A DNA stretch of 64,000 bases. It comes from an uncultured virus (IMG/VR IMGVR_UViG_3300025133_000070) (Duplodnaviria > Heunggongvirae > Uroviricota > Caudoviricetes). This document shows, in pieces, positions 18,170 to 26,342 of the stretch. Numbering within the stretch: position 1 is the stretch's first letter; every line of letters starts with the position of its first letter. Both the position numbers and the translations under genes were made by a program. Location: IMG/VR virus record IMGVR_UViG_3300025133_000070; one strand, given 5' to 3'. The notes beneath the pieces were generated by a model. The model was not told the origin of the DNA and made no database searches. It saw only the letters and a list, made by a program, of their open reading frames with translations.

Positions 18170-19726
18170 TTACTGATCTCCAGCGTCATGAACTTTCTTC
18201 CTGCTATGGTAAGCATCTGCTTCTGCATCTTTTCTAGTTTCCCCACCAAGGCGAGGAGAGCCTTCAACAGACTTACCAGCCTTAACGGCTGCTCTTCTTC
18301 GGTTCATAGATCCTTGAATAGCATCTTTAGTTCTTAGGTTAGTTTTTACGCCGAGTTTTTTATCTACATTAGCCTGAGTTGTTGCCACCTCTTTTTTAAC
18401 TAGAGGATCTTTGATTTTCCCACCAGTATCTGAAACTCTACCTTCTGGGTCTCCTGCTTTTGCCGCTATCCTCTTTGCGGTAGGACCAGCTTCCCACTCC
18501 ATTAATTTTTTAACATAACTATTCATGATTTTGCCTTCCGTTTGTGTTTTCTTTTCTTCTTTATCAGCCATACTTGTTGCTGCCTGAGATCCAGCACGAA
18601 GAACAGCCGCTCTTACCTTTGGATTTTTAGCAACTTTTGTAAGTGCTTTTTTTATCACAGCAGCTTTGCCTTCCTCTTGAACTTCAGCAGACTTATTCTG
18701 AGCCGCTAATTCTTTTTTCTTCTTATCTTCATCAGACGCTAAAGCCTTCCCAGCAACCTTCTTTACAACGCTGCCCACTACTGCCCGACCCGCCATAGCG
18801 GCAACAGCAGGAAGAAGCTCATCAATTCTAAAGCCCATAGCTTCAGCTAAATACAAGCCCATCCTTCTATACTCAGAAGAAGAGTTTACTTTTCCTGGCT
18901 TTTCTCCTGGCTTATAGGGAGGTACAGGCTTCGTATGCGTAAGTCCACCCATGCGCGGAGGCTTGCCTCCAGATCTTTTGTGTATTTCTGCTCTCTTTTT
19001 ATCGACAGCCTTTTGTCTTGCTGCTGCAACAGCATCATCAGATTTTTTCTCCCCCGCTTCTAATCGTTTAGCTGATTCTTCATCACCCCTCTTTCTACGA
19101 TCATCAATATCCTTTTGAAATTCGGGGCTGCGATCTTCGTTATTGAGTTCTTCATCAGCAAGTTTTTCATCATGTTTCTTAACTGCATCTTTACCAGCTT
19201 TCATAATCTTATCTCTAAAGTGTTGGATCCCACCAGGATGCCCCTGCTTCGCTTTTCCCATAGCCTTCTCTACAGCGTCAGGAGCCTCAGGCTTCTTGGG
19301 TTTTTTCTTAGATTCTTCTTTTGCGGCTTTATCAGCAGCAGCTTCGTCAGTCTCTTCATTCTTAGTTTTCATAATCTTTTTTCCTTTCTTTGCTTTGGTT
19401 TCGTTTTTCCAACCACCATGTTGAAAATCATCTGACGCATTATCAGAAGTTTTTGAAGAATACCCTGTAGTATCATCAGCAGCAGGAGTCCAATAACCTT
19501 TTTTAGTCTCCTCAGCTTCCCACTTATCATCGTGTTCATCTCCAAGCTTCTTAGCTTGTTTTCCTGCTCCAGGCTTTATAACTTTAGCTGCAATAGCTTC
19601 TTTAAGTTTTTTACCAGTAGCATAACTTTGCTTAGTGGAGTCCTGACAAATAGCAATAGCTGCTCCTATATCTTTGGACTTCTTTACTTTATCGACACAG
19701 CGATGTACTTTTGTTCCTTTAGGCAT
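18170..19726 (-). CDS. Lys/Ala/Glu-rich low-complexity protein, probable internal head protein
   Basis: Highly charged with several LxE-type sites; lies between gp13 and gp14. Confidence 0.55.
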   Translation of the reverse strand: MPKGTKVHRCVDKVKKSKDIGAAIAICQDSTKQSYATGKKLKEAIAAKVIKPGAGKQAKKLGDEHDDKWEAEETKKGYWTPAADDTTGYSSKTSDNASDDFQHGGWKNETKAKKGKKIMKTKNEETDEAAADKAAKEESKKKPKKPEAPDAVEKAMGKAKQGHPGGIQHFRDKIMKAGKDAVKKHDEKLADEELNNEDRSPEFQKDIDDRRKRGDEESAKRLEAGEKKSDDAVAAARQKAVDKKRAEIHKRSGGKPPRMGGLTHTKPVPPYKPGEKPGKVNSSSEYRRMGLYLAEAMGFRIDELLPAVAAMAGRAVVGSVVKKVAGKALASDEDKKKKELAAQNKSAEVQEEGKAAVIKKALTKVAKNPKVRAAVLRAGSQAATSMADKEEKKTQTEGKIMNSYVKKLMEWEAGPTAKRIAAKAGDPEGRVSDTGGKIKDPLVKKEVATTQANVDKKLGVKTNLRTKDAIQGSMNRRRAAVKAGKSVEGSPRLGGETRKDAEADAYHSRKKVHDAGDQ

Positions 19727-19728
19727 GA

Positions 19729-20616
19729 TTAAAACATTGTGAACGCAGGAGGTTCTTCAATTTCTGAGAGAAGCTCTTCTTTAAGCTTTTCTTTTTCAGC
19801 CACACTTTGTTGCATCAGGGCATCACCGTTTAAACTTGCGCCTCCCCCTGGAGATGGAAGTGATTTATATTTCCCTCTTACTTCTCCTAGAACTCCTTTA
19901 CATACAGCTAAGGCATAGCGTTGAATCCAGTTCTTGTAGTAGGGGTGCATGGTGTAAGAATCCAAAGCTCTATAAACTAGAATAACCGTTTGGCTATTGT
20001 TAACAGGAGTTGGATATAATTGTAAGATATTTCCATTAACAACATCCCAAGAACCTTCTTGGCTTAGAATCTTTCTGATCATTTCTAAGTGCTGTTGCAT
20101 CAGATAGAAGTCTGAAACTTGGAAGTTACTAAAGAGGAAGTTATCTTGGAAGTACTTGATAAAGAAATCAAACTCCAAGGTTCCAGCCATGTTCTGGAGA
20201 CTTAGTAACGATTTCTTGTAACAAACATAGCTTAGATTATAAGCTATATGCATGGGTAACACATAAGCGTTTACCCCTGCTGAACATTGAAAGGTTGCAC
20301 ACTGAGTTGTCCAGAAAGGAGCATGATAATCTAGATTGGTTATCGCCTCATCAATTGCAGTCTTAATTTGAAAGGGAGTAAGTTCAACCCTAACTACGGG
20401 ATGTCCTAATCTTGCAAGGACAAAATCGTGAATAGTTTGCTCAAAAGGATCAAGCTCAACTCCATCAGACAAAAGACCTTTATTTAATTTAAAGGAATCA
20501 ATAGCAGTAGAATACAAATCAGTATCCCCAAGGTTTCTACCTCCGTAGTTACCAAAGGTATCACCATATCCCATCAATATTGGGTCAACTTTAGGTGCCG
20601 CTGCTGCTCTTGCCAT
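19729..20616 (-). CDS. gp13: Neck protein (T4 gp13-like)
   Basis: LARLGHPVVRVEL...AIDEA, WIQRYALAVCKGVLGEVRGKY...PGGGASLNG. Confidence 0.9.
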   Translation of the reverse strand: MARAAAAPKVDPILMGYGDTFGNYGGRNLGDTDLYSTAIDSFKLNKGLLSDGVELDPFEQTIHDFVLARLGHPVVRVELTPFQIKTAIDEAITNLDYHAPFWTTQCATFQCSAGVNAYVLPMHIAYNLSYVCYKKSLLSLQNMAGTLEFDFFIKYFQDNFLFSNFQVSDFYLMQQHLEMIRKILSQEGSWDVVNGNILQLYPTPVNNSQTVILVYRALDSYTMHPYYKNWIQRYALAVCKGVLGEVRGKYKSLPSPGGGASLNGDALMQQSVAEKEKLKEELLSEIEEPPAFTMF

Positions 20617-20821
20617 GATTTTCCTCTATAAAAATGTTAGGTTTAGAAGATTTTGCAGGTCTCCCCTTCTTCTTTTTCAGTATAGGTTTATTAATTAATT
20701 CTAAATATCTAGAAGTAACTAAAGTCTTTGATTCAAATAATTCTGACGGTCTAATCTCTACTACTTCACCATCAATGTGAAGAAGCATATTCCACCTACA
20801 TCTGCTTCGATATTTATACAT
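20591..20821 (-). CDS. Small hypothetical basic protein
   Basis: 76-aa ORF between the capsid terminator and gp13; KKKGRP. Confidence 0.55.
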   Translation of the reverse strand: MYKYRSRCRWNMLLHIDGEVVEIRPSELFESKTLVTSRYLELINKPILKKKKGRPAKSSKPNIFIEENHGKSSSGT

Positions 20822-20841
20822 AATGTTCTAAAGTATATAGG

Positions 20842-20880
20842 AATGAAAGAGGGCCAGAGGACAAAAAACCTCTGGCCCTC
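20842..20880 (-). terminator. Rho-independent terminator after the major capsid gene
   Basis: 12-bp perfect stem GAGGGCCAGAGG / CCTCTGGCCCTC (20849-20880) followed by TTTCATT on the minus strand. Confidence 0.8.
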
Positions 20881-20905
20881 GTAAACATTTAATTACCTAG
20901 TCAGA

Positions 20906-22615
20906 TCAAGTCACAGTCGTAGTGCCTAGGACACTGGTGTTACGAGAGAACGGGCTGAACAGGTAGTTACTCGTAGGACCAATAATTCTGATCACACGGT
21001 AGAATCTGTTCATAGGCTCAATCTGCACCTTGCCGTAACGGGTCAAGATACCCTTCCTGGGCTGGAAGGACTCGGGATCCGTGATGGTAGGCAGTTGCTG
21101 GAGAGGAATGTACGGAGAGTACACATAACCAGCATCCATAGCGTTTTGGCCTTTGTAACCGACAAGAATCTCATCAGTCGGGAACATAGGATCAACATAC
21201 AGGTCATAGCGACCCATAAACTTGCCCTTATACTCAATGCTGTTCCGACCGATGTTGGTCGGAGCATCACTAGGCATCACACCACCTTCCAGCTTGGCAG
21301 CACTCTCAAGAAGAGAGCAAACAAGCGGAGAGGTCAGCAGCCAATTACCAGGACCACGCATCGTGGTGCGGTAAATGTCCTGCGAAGCGAGGTTAATGAT
21401 CGCAAGCAGGTTTGAGTAGATTTCGCCAACATGACGAGGATACATAGTCGGGCTTTCCTGACTGAAATCAATCACGAAGATATTGGAGTCCGTTTTAGCG
21501 GAGCCAAACTCAGTATTGCTTCCAGTACCTTGAGATCCACTGAAATCGTAGGTGAATTGCGCGGGAACGAAAGTACCCGTTGCAGCCGAGTTACCATCAA
21601 GACCAGGGAAGGCAGTTCCAGCAGTACCCATACTGATGTAGTTGCTATCCATGATGTTTTGATTCACACCACCGAGGTTCTTACCACTCATACCGTAAGC
21701 GATCATGCGAAGGTCTTCGACAAGTTCACGGTCGATCTCAAGCTGAAGTTCCTTCGAAAGAAGGTCCGTCAGTTCACGCTCAAGGTCGAGGTTGTGATAA
21801 GCCTTAAGGTCTTGAGAAGCCTCAAGAGTCCAAAGGGCTCTCATCTTACGAGTCTGAGCCACAACAGCTTCCTGCTCGATGTGGAAGGTCATCTCAGGGA
21901 TGCCCGTCCCAGTCAGACGCTCACCACCCGAAAGGTTATAACCTCCAACGAAGTTGGAGTTAGGCCAAGCAGCGATCTGACCACCCATCGTACCAGAGGG
22001 GGCACCAGCACCAAAGATCTCTCCACCACCAGAAGGAGTAGCAAAGACATTGGAGACATCGAAACCAGCACCAGCAATATCACCATCAAGACCAACAGAC
22101 GAAACCGCAATCTGGGCACCGTCTTTGTCAACGAAAGTACCTTGAGCAACACCAGTTGCACCGCCGTAGACATTTCTTTCAGAGGCAGTACCAGAAGCAG
22201 AACCAATACGCTGTGCAACATTGCCAGCGTAGGTCAGGTTGAACTTGCTGAAGACGTTTTGGTTATCACCAGCAACGGCTCCACCATTACGGGCGCGAGA
22301 GTTACCCAGGTAGAAGACTTGTGAAACAGGTCCCTGCATAGGCTGAACACCAACAAGGCTGTTGGCAATAAGTTTCGGGTAAACCCGACGAACGAGAGGG
22401 AAAGCGAACTTTTGGAAGGTTCCAAGCTGACCAGTAGTGGTAGCAGCAGCGGAAATAGCTTCGTCAATGTTTCTAATTTTCTCGTCAATAATTGATTTAG
22501 CTTGGTTTTCGAGAAGTTGAGCCGTAACACGACGAGTGTAATCACTGTCGATGCCTTCTAAGACAGGCTCCCACTTCTGGACAAGCGTTTCATCAGTTTG
22601 ATGCATCATATCCAT
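20906..22615 (-). CDS. gp23: Major capsid protein (T4 gp23-like)
   Basis: KWEPVLEG, LLENQ, PLVRRVYP, VGVQPM.GP, TRKMRALWTLEASQDLKAYH, EIDRE, YSPYIPL, FQPRKGILTRYG. Confidence 0.97.
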   Translation of the reverse strand: MDMMHQTDETLVQKWEPVLEGIDSDYTRRVTAQLLENQAKSIIDEKIRNIDEAISAAATTTGQLGTFQKFAFPLVRRVYPKLIANSLVGVQPMQGPVSQVFYLGNSRARNGGAVAGDNQNVFSKFNLTYAGNVAQRIGSASGTASERNVYGGATGVAQGTFVDKDGAQIAVSSVGLDGDIAGAGFDVSNVFATPSGGGEIFGAGAPSGTMGGQIAAWPNSNFVGGYNLSGGERLTGTGIPEMTFHIEQEAVVAQTRKMRALWTLEASQDLKAYHNLDLERELTDLLSKELQLEIDRELVEDLRMIAYGMSGKNLGGVNQNIMDSNYISMGTAGTAFPGLDGNSAATGTFVPAQFTYDFSGSQGTGSNTEFGSAKTDSNIFVIDFSQESPTMYPRHVGEIYSNLLAIINLASQDIYRTTMRGPGNWLLTSPLVCSLLESAAKLEGGVMPSDAPTNIGRNSIEYKGKFMGRYDLYVDPMFPTDEILVGYKGQNAMDAGYVYSPYIPLQQLPTITDPESFQPRKGILTRYGKVQIEPMNRFYRVIRIIGPTSNYLFSPFSRNTSVLGTTTVT

Positions 22616-22630
22616 AATTATAAAATCCTA

Positions 22631-23275
22631 TTAAGATTGGGAGGAGAAGGGCATGAACTTCATGACCTCATCGTTTAAGAACTCATTAGAATAAGAAGTT
22701 CTTTCTTCGTTGATCTCTTTATCCGCACTAGAGACAACAATCGCTCGTTCGGAAGAGACGAATTTCTCCTCAGAAGCAGCTTCCAGATTCTCAACTTCCT
22801 CAAGAAGCTGTTCCTTCTGGCCTTCAAGATCATGTACCGTACTTTCGGTAACGGAAACCTTGCTATCTAGAACTTTAACAGTGCTGTGAAGTTTTTCGTT
22901 TTCACGAACAAGCGAATTCACTTGCTCCGTTAAAACATCAAACTCTTCCTGAAGTTCGCCATGTTGGCTAGTCATTTCAGAAAGAGCAGTATCTTCGTCG
23001 CCACTATTTAACTCTAGGGCCATTAAAGTTCTTACTGATTCAAAAAGTCTAGCGTTACGGAACACCTCACTTTCTTCACTAAGTTCAGCAATAGCTTGTT
23101 CTTTTAATTGATCTACTTTCGTTCTAAGGTAAGCACTTACCTTAGCCTCAAGTAAGCTGATTTTCTCCGAGACTTGCTCATTAATAGTAGAATCCACCAT
23201 TCCGAAGATAGCTTCGACAGTGGATTCATCAAGTCCTTCTGGTAAAATATCAGCGATATTCTTCACATTACTCAT
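22631..23275 (-). CDS. gp22: Prohead core scaffold protein (T4 gp22-like)
   Basis: Acidic coiled coil between protease and capsid; LPEGLDE, VSAYL. Confidence 0.75.
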   Translation of the reverse strand: MSNVKNIADILPEGLDESTVEAIFGMVDSTINEQVSEKISLLEAKVSAYLRTKVDQLKEQAIAELSEESEVFRNARLFESVRTLMALELNSGDEDTALSEMTSQHGELQEEFDVLTEQVNSLVRENEKLHSTVKVLDSKVSVTESTVHDLEGQKEQLLEEVENLEAASEEKFVSSERAIVVSSADKEINEERTSYSNEFLNDEVMKFMPFSSQS

Positions 23276-23356
23276 AAGTAAAAATCTCCTAGGTTATTAT
23301 ATTTATTATCTAAAACAAGATAATATGTTTTTTTTTAAAAAATGTAGGTGTTGCTG

Positions 23357-24931
23357 TTAAGCTTTAAGTCCTAACATCTCAGCGAGCATGAAACCAATTT
23401 GCTTATAGGCCCTGGATGCCGAGATATCGCCACCTTCTCCTGGACGAGAAAGCTGTCCTGTAGTCGTCATTCTTTTTCGGGTAGTTGCTAAACTTTGTCT
23501 ACTGGATCCTTGCTTGGATTTAATCTTATTAAATCTTTTTTGAAGCTCGGGATTAATATCAGTTCCTGATTTACTTACAGGGGCAGACGGTCTTTTGCCT
23601 GAAGCAGGAGCTTCAGCAGTAGGCTTACCAGCAGTAGGCTTACCAGCAGTAGGCTTGGGAGCATTCTTTGGACCCTTAGCCGCCCGTCTGTCAGCTATAT
23701 TCTTCTTAGCATTAGCTCTTTGGACATTTCCCCGCTGATTAACTATCTTTGCCTTAGTTGCAGCATCCGAGACCTTAACCGCTGTATCAATAGCCTTACC
23801 AGGAAGTGCGGCAGCACCTTTAGCAAGGTCAGCAGCCTTTCCAGCAGCGGCTTTCGCACCAGCAGCAACCTTCTCTCCCCCTGTAACGGGTTTCCCAGCA
23901 GCAGCGGCATCCTTAGCCTTTTGTCGGATTCTACCAGCCTTAACATCACCTTTAGCTAAAATCCCAGCACCTTTGGCTGCACCCTTAGCCTTAGCAACTT
24001 CCATGCCTTTAGCGTGTCTACGGGCTCTAAAGTTACCCATCATACCACCAGTATCTTTAGCAGGATCTTTTGCAGCCAATGCAGTTGCGCTTCCTTTATC
24101 TAATTCATCAGCAAAGGCTTCTCCAATAAGAGCTTCAGCAAATCTATGCCAAATACCATCGGCTTTTACCAACTCGAAAGCTTCCCCACGAAGCTTTTTG
24201 AAATCAGAAGCTTCAATCTTCCCATCACCATCAGCGTCAATCGCTTCTTGGTTCCCAGGTAGGTTCTTCTTAGCTTTCTTTTTCTTAGTCTTAGCTTTCT
24301 TTTTCTTAGTCTTAGCTTCTTCAATCCAAGGAGTATAAGCATCTCGCATCTTAGACTCAAGCATGGTAACAAAATTGCTTTCTTTCTTAAGCTTAGACTG
24401 AGACTCTTGAACGAACTTGGATTCAGTAGACTCAGCAAGGCCAGGATAAGCTCCTCTAGTTGAGGGGTCAGCAACGAGATCGAAAGTTACAAGACGGAAA
24501 TCCTCGTTAACAATCTTGTCTCCATTGTGATCCTCAGAAAGAGTACCCATTCCTCTAGAGGAGATACCGATCTTTACTCCACCCTCCACTAATGCTTTAG
24601 CAGTAAGACCCGCAGGGGTTTTAAGGATTTCAGCTTCACCAACAAGCTCATCTCCTTTCATATCTAATTTAGTAATAAGGTGAGATGCGTTGCCTAACTT
24701 AACCGTATCGTTCTGGGGGTGATCAAGTTCACCACAAAGCCTTCTCTCAGAGATAAGGGGCTGAACTTTTTTAAGTTGGCTCTCTAGTACCGCTGTAGGG
24801 TAAATTCTTCCGTTATTATTCTTCTCATTACAACGACCGAAGACTCCACGAATTTTCATAGGTCCATCAGCTTTGCCTTCATTCATAACCTGAAGTTGTT
24901 CAATGATAAATGTGTCTTGTAGTAATTGCAT
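23357..24931 (-). CDS. gp21: Prohead protease (T4 gp21-like) with long C-terminal low-complexity extension
   Basis: NNNGRIYP, GELDHP, SHLI, TPAG, GISSRGMG, TFDLVADPST. Start set at ATG 24931, right after the upstream stop. Confidence 0.92.
   Translation of the reverse strand: MQLLQDTFIIEQLQVMNEGKADGPMKIRGVFGRCNEKNNNGRIYPTAVLESQLKKVQPLISERRLCGELDHPQNDTVKLGNASHLITKLDMKGDELVGEAEILKTPAGLTAKALVEGGVKIGISSRGMGTLSEDHNGDKIVNEDFRLVTFDLVADPSTRGAYPGLAESTESKFVQESQSKLKKESNFVTMLESKMRDAYTPWIEEAKTKKKKAKTKKKKAKKNLPGNQEAIDADGDGKIEASDFKKLRGEAFELVKADGIWHRFAEALIGEAFADELDKGSATALAAKDPAKDTGGMMGNFRARRHAKGMEVAKAKGAAKGAGILAKGDVKAGRIRQKAKDAAAAGKPVTGGEKVAAGAKAAAGKAADLAKGAAALPGKAIDTAVKVSDAATKAKIVNQRGNVQRANAKKNIADRRAAKGPKNAPKPTAGKPTAGKPTAEAPASGKRPSAPVSKSGTDINPELQKRFNKIKSKQGSSRQSLATTRKRMTTTGQLSRPGEGGDISASRAYKQIGFMLAEMLGLKA
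23615..23657. repeat. 15-bp in-frame tandem repeat (KPTAG x ~3)
   Basis: gcagtaggcttacca repeated. Confidence 0.8.
24268..24318. repeat. 21-bp in-frame tandem repeat (AKTKKKK x ~2.4)
   Basis: tcttagctttctttttcttag repeated. Confidence 0.8.
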
Positions 24932-24932
24932 A

Positions 24933-25379
24933 TTATTTGTCTCCCTTGTCTGGTCTGCCATCCTTGCCACCAATTCCTCGTTTAGCTTTGATAGTTCTTG
25001 TTCCATATTTTTGGGCTAGTTTATCGGAGCCACTACCATATCTGAGCATTGTTCTAGAAGCGTGTTTCTTAACACTGTCCCACTTTGAGGAAGGAGTTGA
25101 ACTACCAGGAGTAAACCCTTTGGCAATCTTACCTCGCCCACTCTTCTTACCCCACTTTCCTTTAGAAATCACATATAATCTACCAGCAGCTTTAGTTGAA
25201 AAAATCTGGCCGTAAGAACCATCGGATAAGGCAGCCTTTATACTATCATAAGTCTTTACTCTGCCTTTGAAAGACTTTTTCTTATCATCCTTAGTAGCGG
25301 CTTTGGAGGTGTAGGCTTTCCTACCCTCAGTGGAACCTCTAGCTTCAGTCAGATAATAAATTGCTTCCGTTAGTTTCAT
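24933..25379 (-). CDS. Basic hypothetical head-cluster protein
   Basis: MKLTEAIYYLTEA N-terminus, Lys/Gly-rich; coupled to the protease gene. Confidence 0.6.
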   Translation of the reverse strand: MKLTEAIYYLTEARGSTEGRKAYTSKAATKDDKKKSFKGRVKTYDSIKAALSDGSYGQIFSTKAAGRLYVISKGKWGKKSGRGKIAKGFTPGSSTPSSKWDSVKKHASRTMLRYGSGSDKLAQKYGTRTIKAKRGIGGKDGRPDKGDK

Positions 25380-25891
25380 TTTTGTTTTCTAAGTTTGCTT
25401 CTAATAGCTCTCTTGAGTACTTCCTTTCGAGAGTCCCCAGGAAGTTTAGAAGCTTTGGAGGATTTATAACCATACCTTTTCTCCATAGCTTCCCAAGAAT
25501 CATCACATTTTTGGGGACCAGCCATATTAACACCAATGCTACCACTACTTGTAGTAGCAGCAGTCATCTCTTTAAGAAGACTCTTAACTTCTTCCAGCAA
25601 AGGAACAAGTTGTTGAGCGGTTTCTTCGGTTAATGCTTGTGGAGATTGAGCCTCTTCTGGTTGTTCCCAAACAAGTTCAGGAATTTCCTCTACCGCAGGG
25701 GTGTCCTGAGGATGATAAGCTTCTCCTAAAAGTTCCGTCATGAATGAATCGGGAACTTTAACTTTGGAGATATCTCGTCCAGCAGGGGCCAAGCCATTAC
25801 CTTTAGCACTAGAAGGTAATTCCTTACCTTCCTTAATACCTTCTACCTGATTCAGAATTAGATTCTGTGCGAAGTCGCCAATGCTATCCAT
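25376..25891 (-). CDS. Hypothetical head-cluster protein (possible core component)
   Basis: 171-aa ORF in the operon upstream of gp21; LLKEMT motif. Confidence 0.55.
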   Translation of the reverse strand: MDSIGDFAQNLILNQVEGIKEGKELPSSAKGNGLAPAGRDISKVKVPDSFMTELLGEAYHPQDTPAVEEIPELVWEQPEEAQSPQALTEETAQQLVPLLEEVKSLLKEMTAATTSSGSIGVNMAGPQKCDDSWEAMEKRYGYKSSKASKLPGDSRKEVLKRAIRSKLRKQK

Positions 25892-25896
25892 GGCGA

Positions 25897-26244
25897 CTAC
25901 TCCTCGTCTGAGTCTTGAAAAAGAAGCTCGGCAATAGTCTCATCAATAACAGTGTCGATATCCTCATCACCCTCATTCAGTTGGCTTAAACGGTCAACAA
26001 GACCAACCACAACATTCAGATGCTCCAGGATACGCTCTTCATCAATAGCTTCGGGTAGTTCAGACACACAAAGGGGGCAGACATGAGCAGTAGCCTCTTC
26101 GACCACCTCTTCAGCTTCAACAGCCTCTTCAGCAGCCTCTTCAACAGTCTCTTCGCTAAGGAGAGGCGAAATCCCAGCCTTGCCCCAAGCAGCAGATTCC
26201 ATCAATTGTTGACGAAGTTCGTCACTTAATTTCATATGATCCAT
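25897..26244 (-). CDS. Acidic hypothetical head-cluster protein with CPLC
   Basis: Glu-rich; first gene after the TAGATA element at 26289. Confidence 0.55.
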   Translation of the reverse strand: MDHMKLSDELRQQLMESAAWGKAGISPLLSEETVEEAAEEAVEAEEVVEEATAHVCPLCVSELPEAIDEERILEHLNVVVGLVDRLSQLNEGDEDIDTVIDETIAELLFQDSDEE

Positions 26245-26342
26245 AATTAATATCTCTATATTAAGGTTAAGATTTTCATCTCTACATTTATCTAGCCTAT
26301 AAGACTAATTTGTTTAGTTTTATTTTAAAAAATGTAAACTCC

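Noticed and set aside
21095..22324. Long plus-strand ORFs (106 and 297 aa) antisense to the capsid gene
   Set aside because: Shadow ORFs expected from the biased codon usage of a highly expressed gene; no recognisable protein features or SD
24932..25006. Upstream start of the protease ORF at 25006
   Set aside because: It overlaps the preceding gene by 74 nt; ATG 24931 directly follows the upstream stop and matches typical gp21 N-termini
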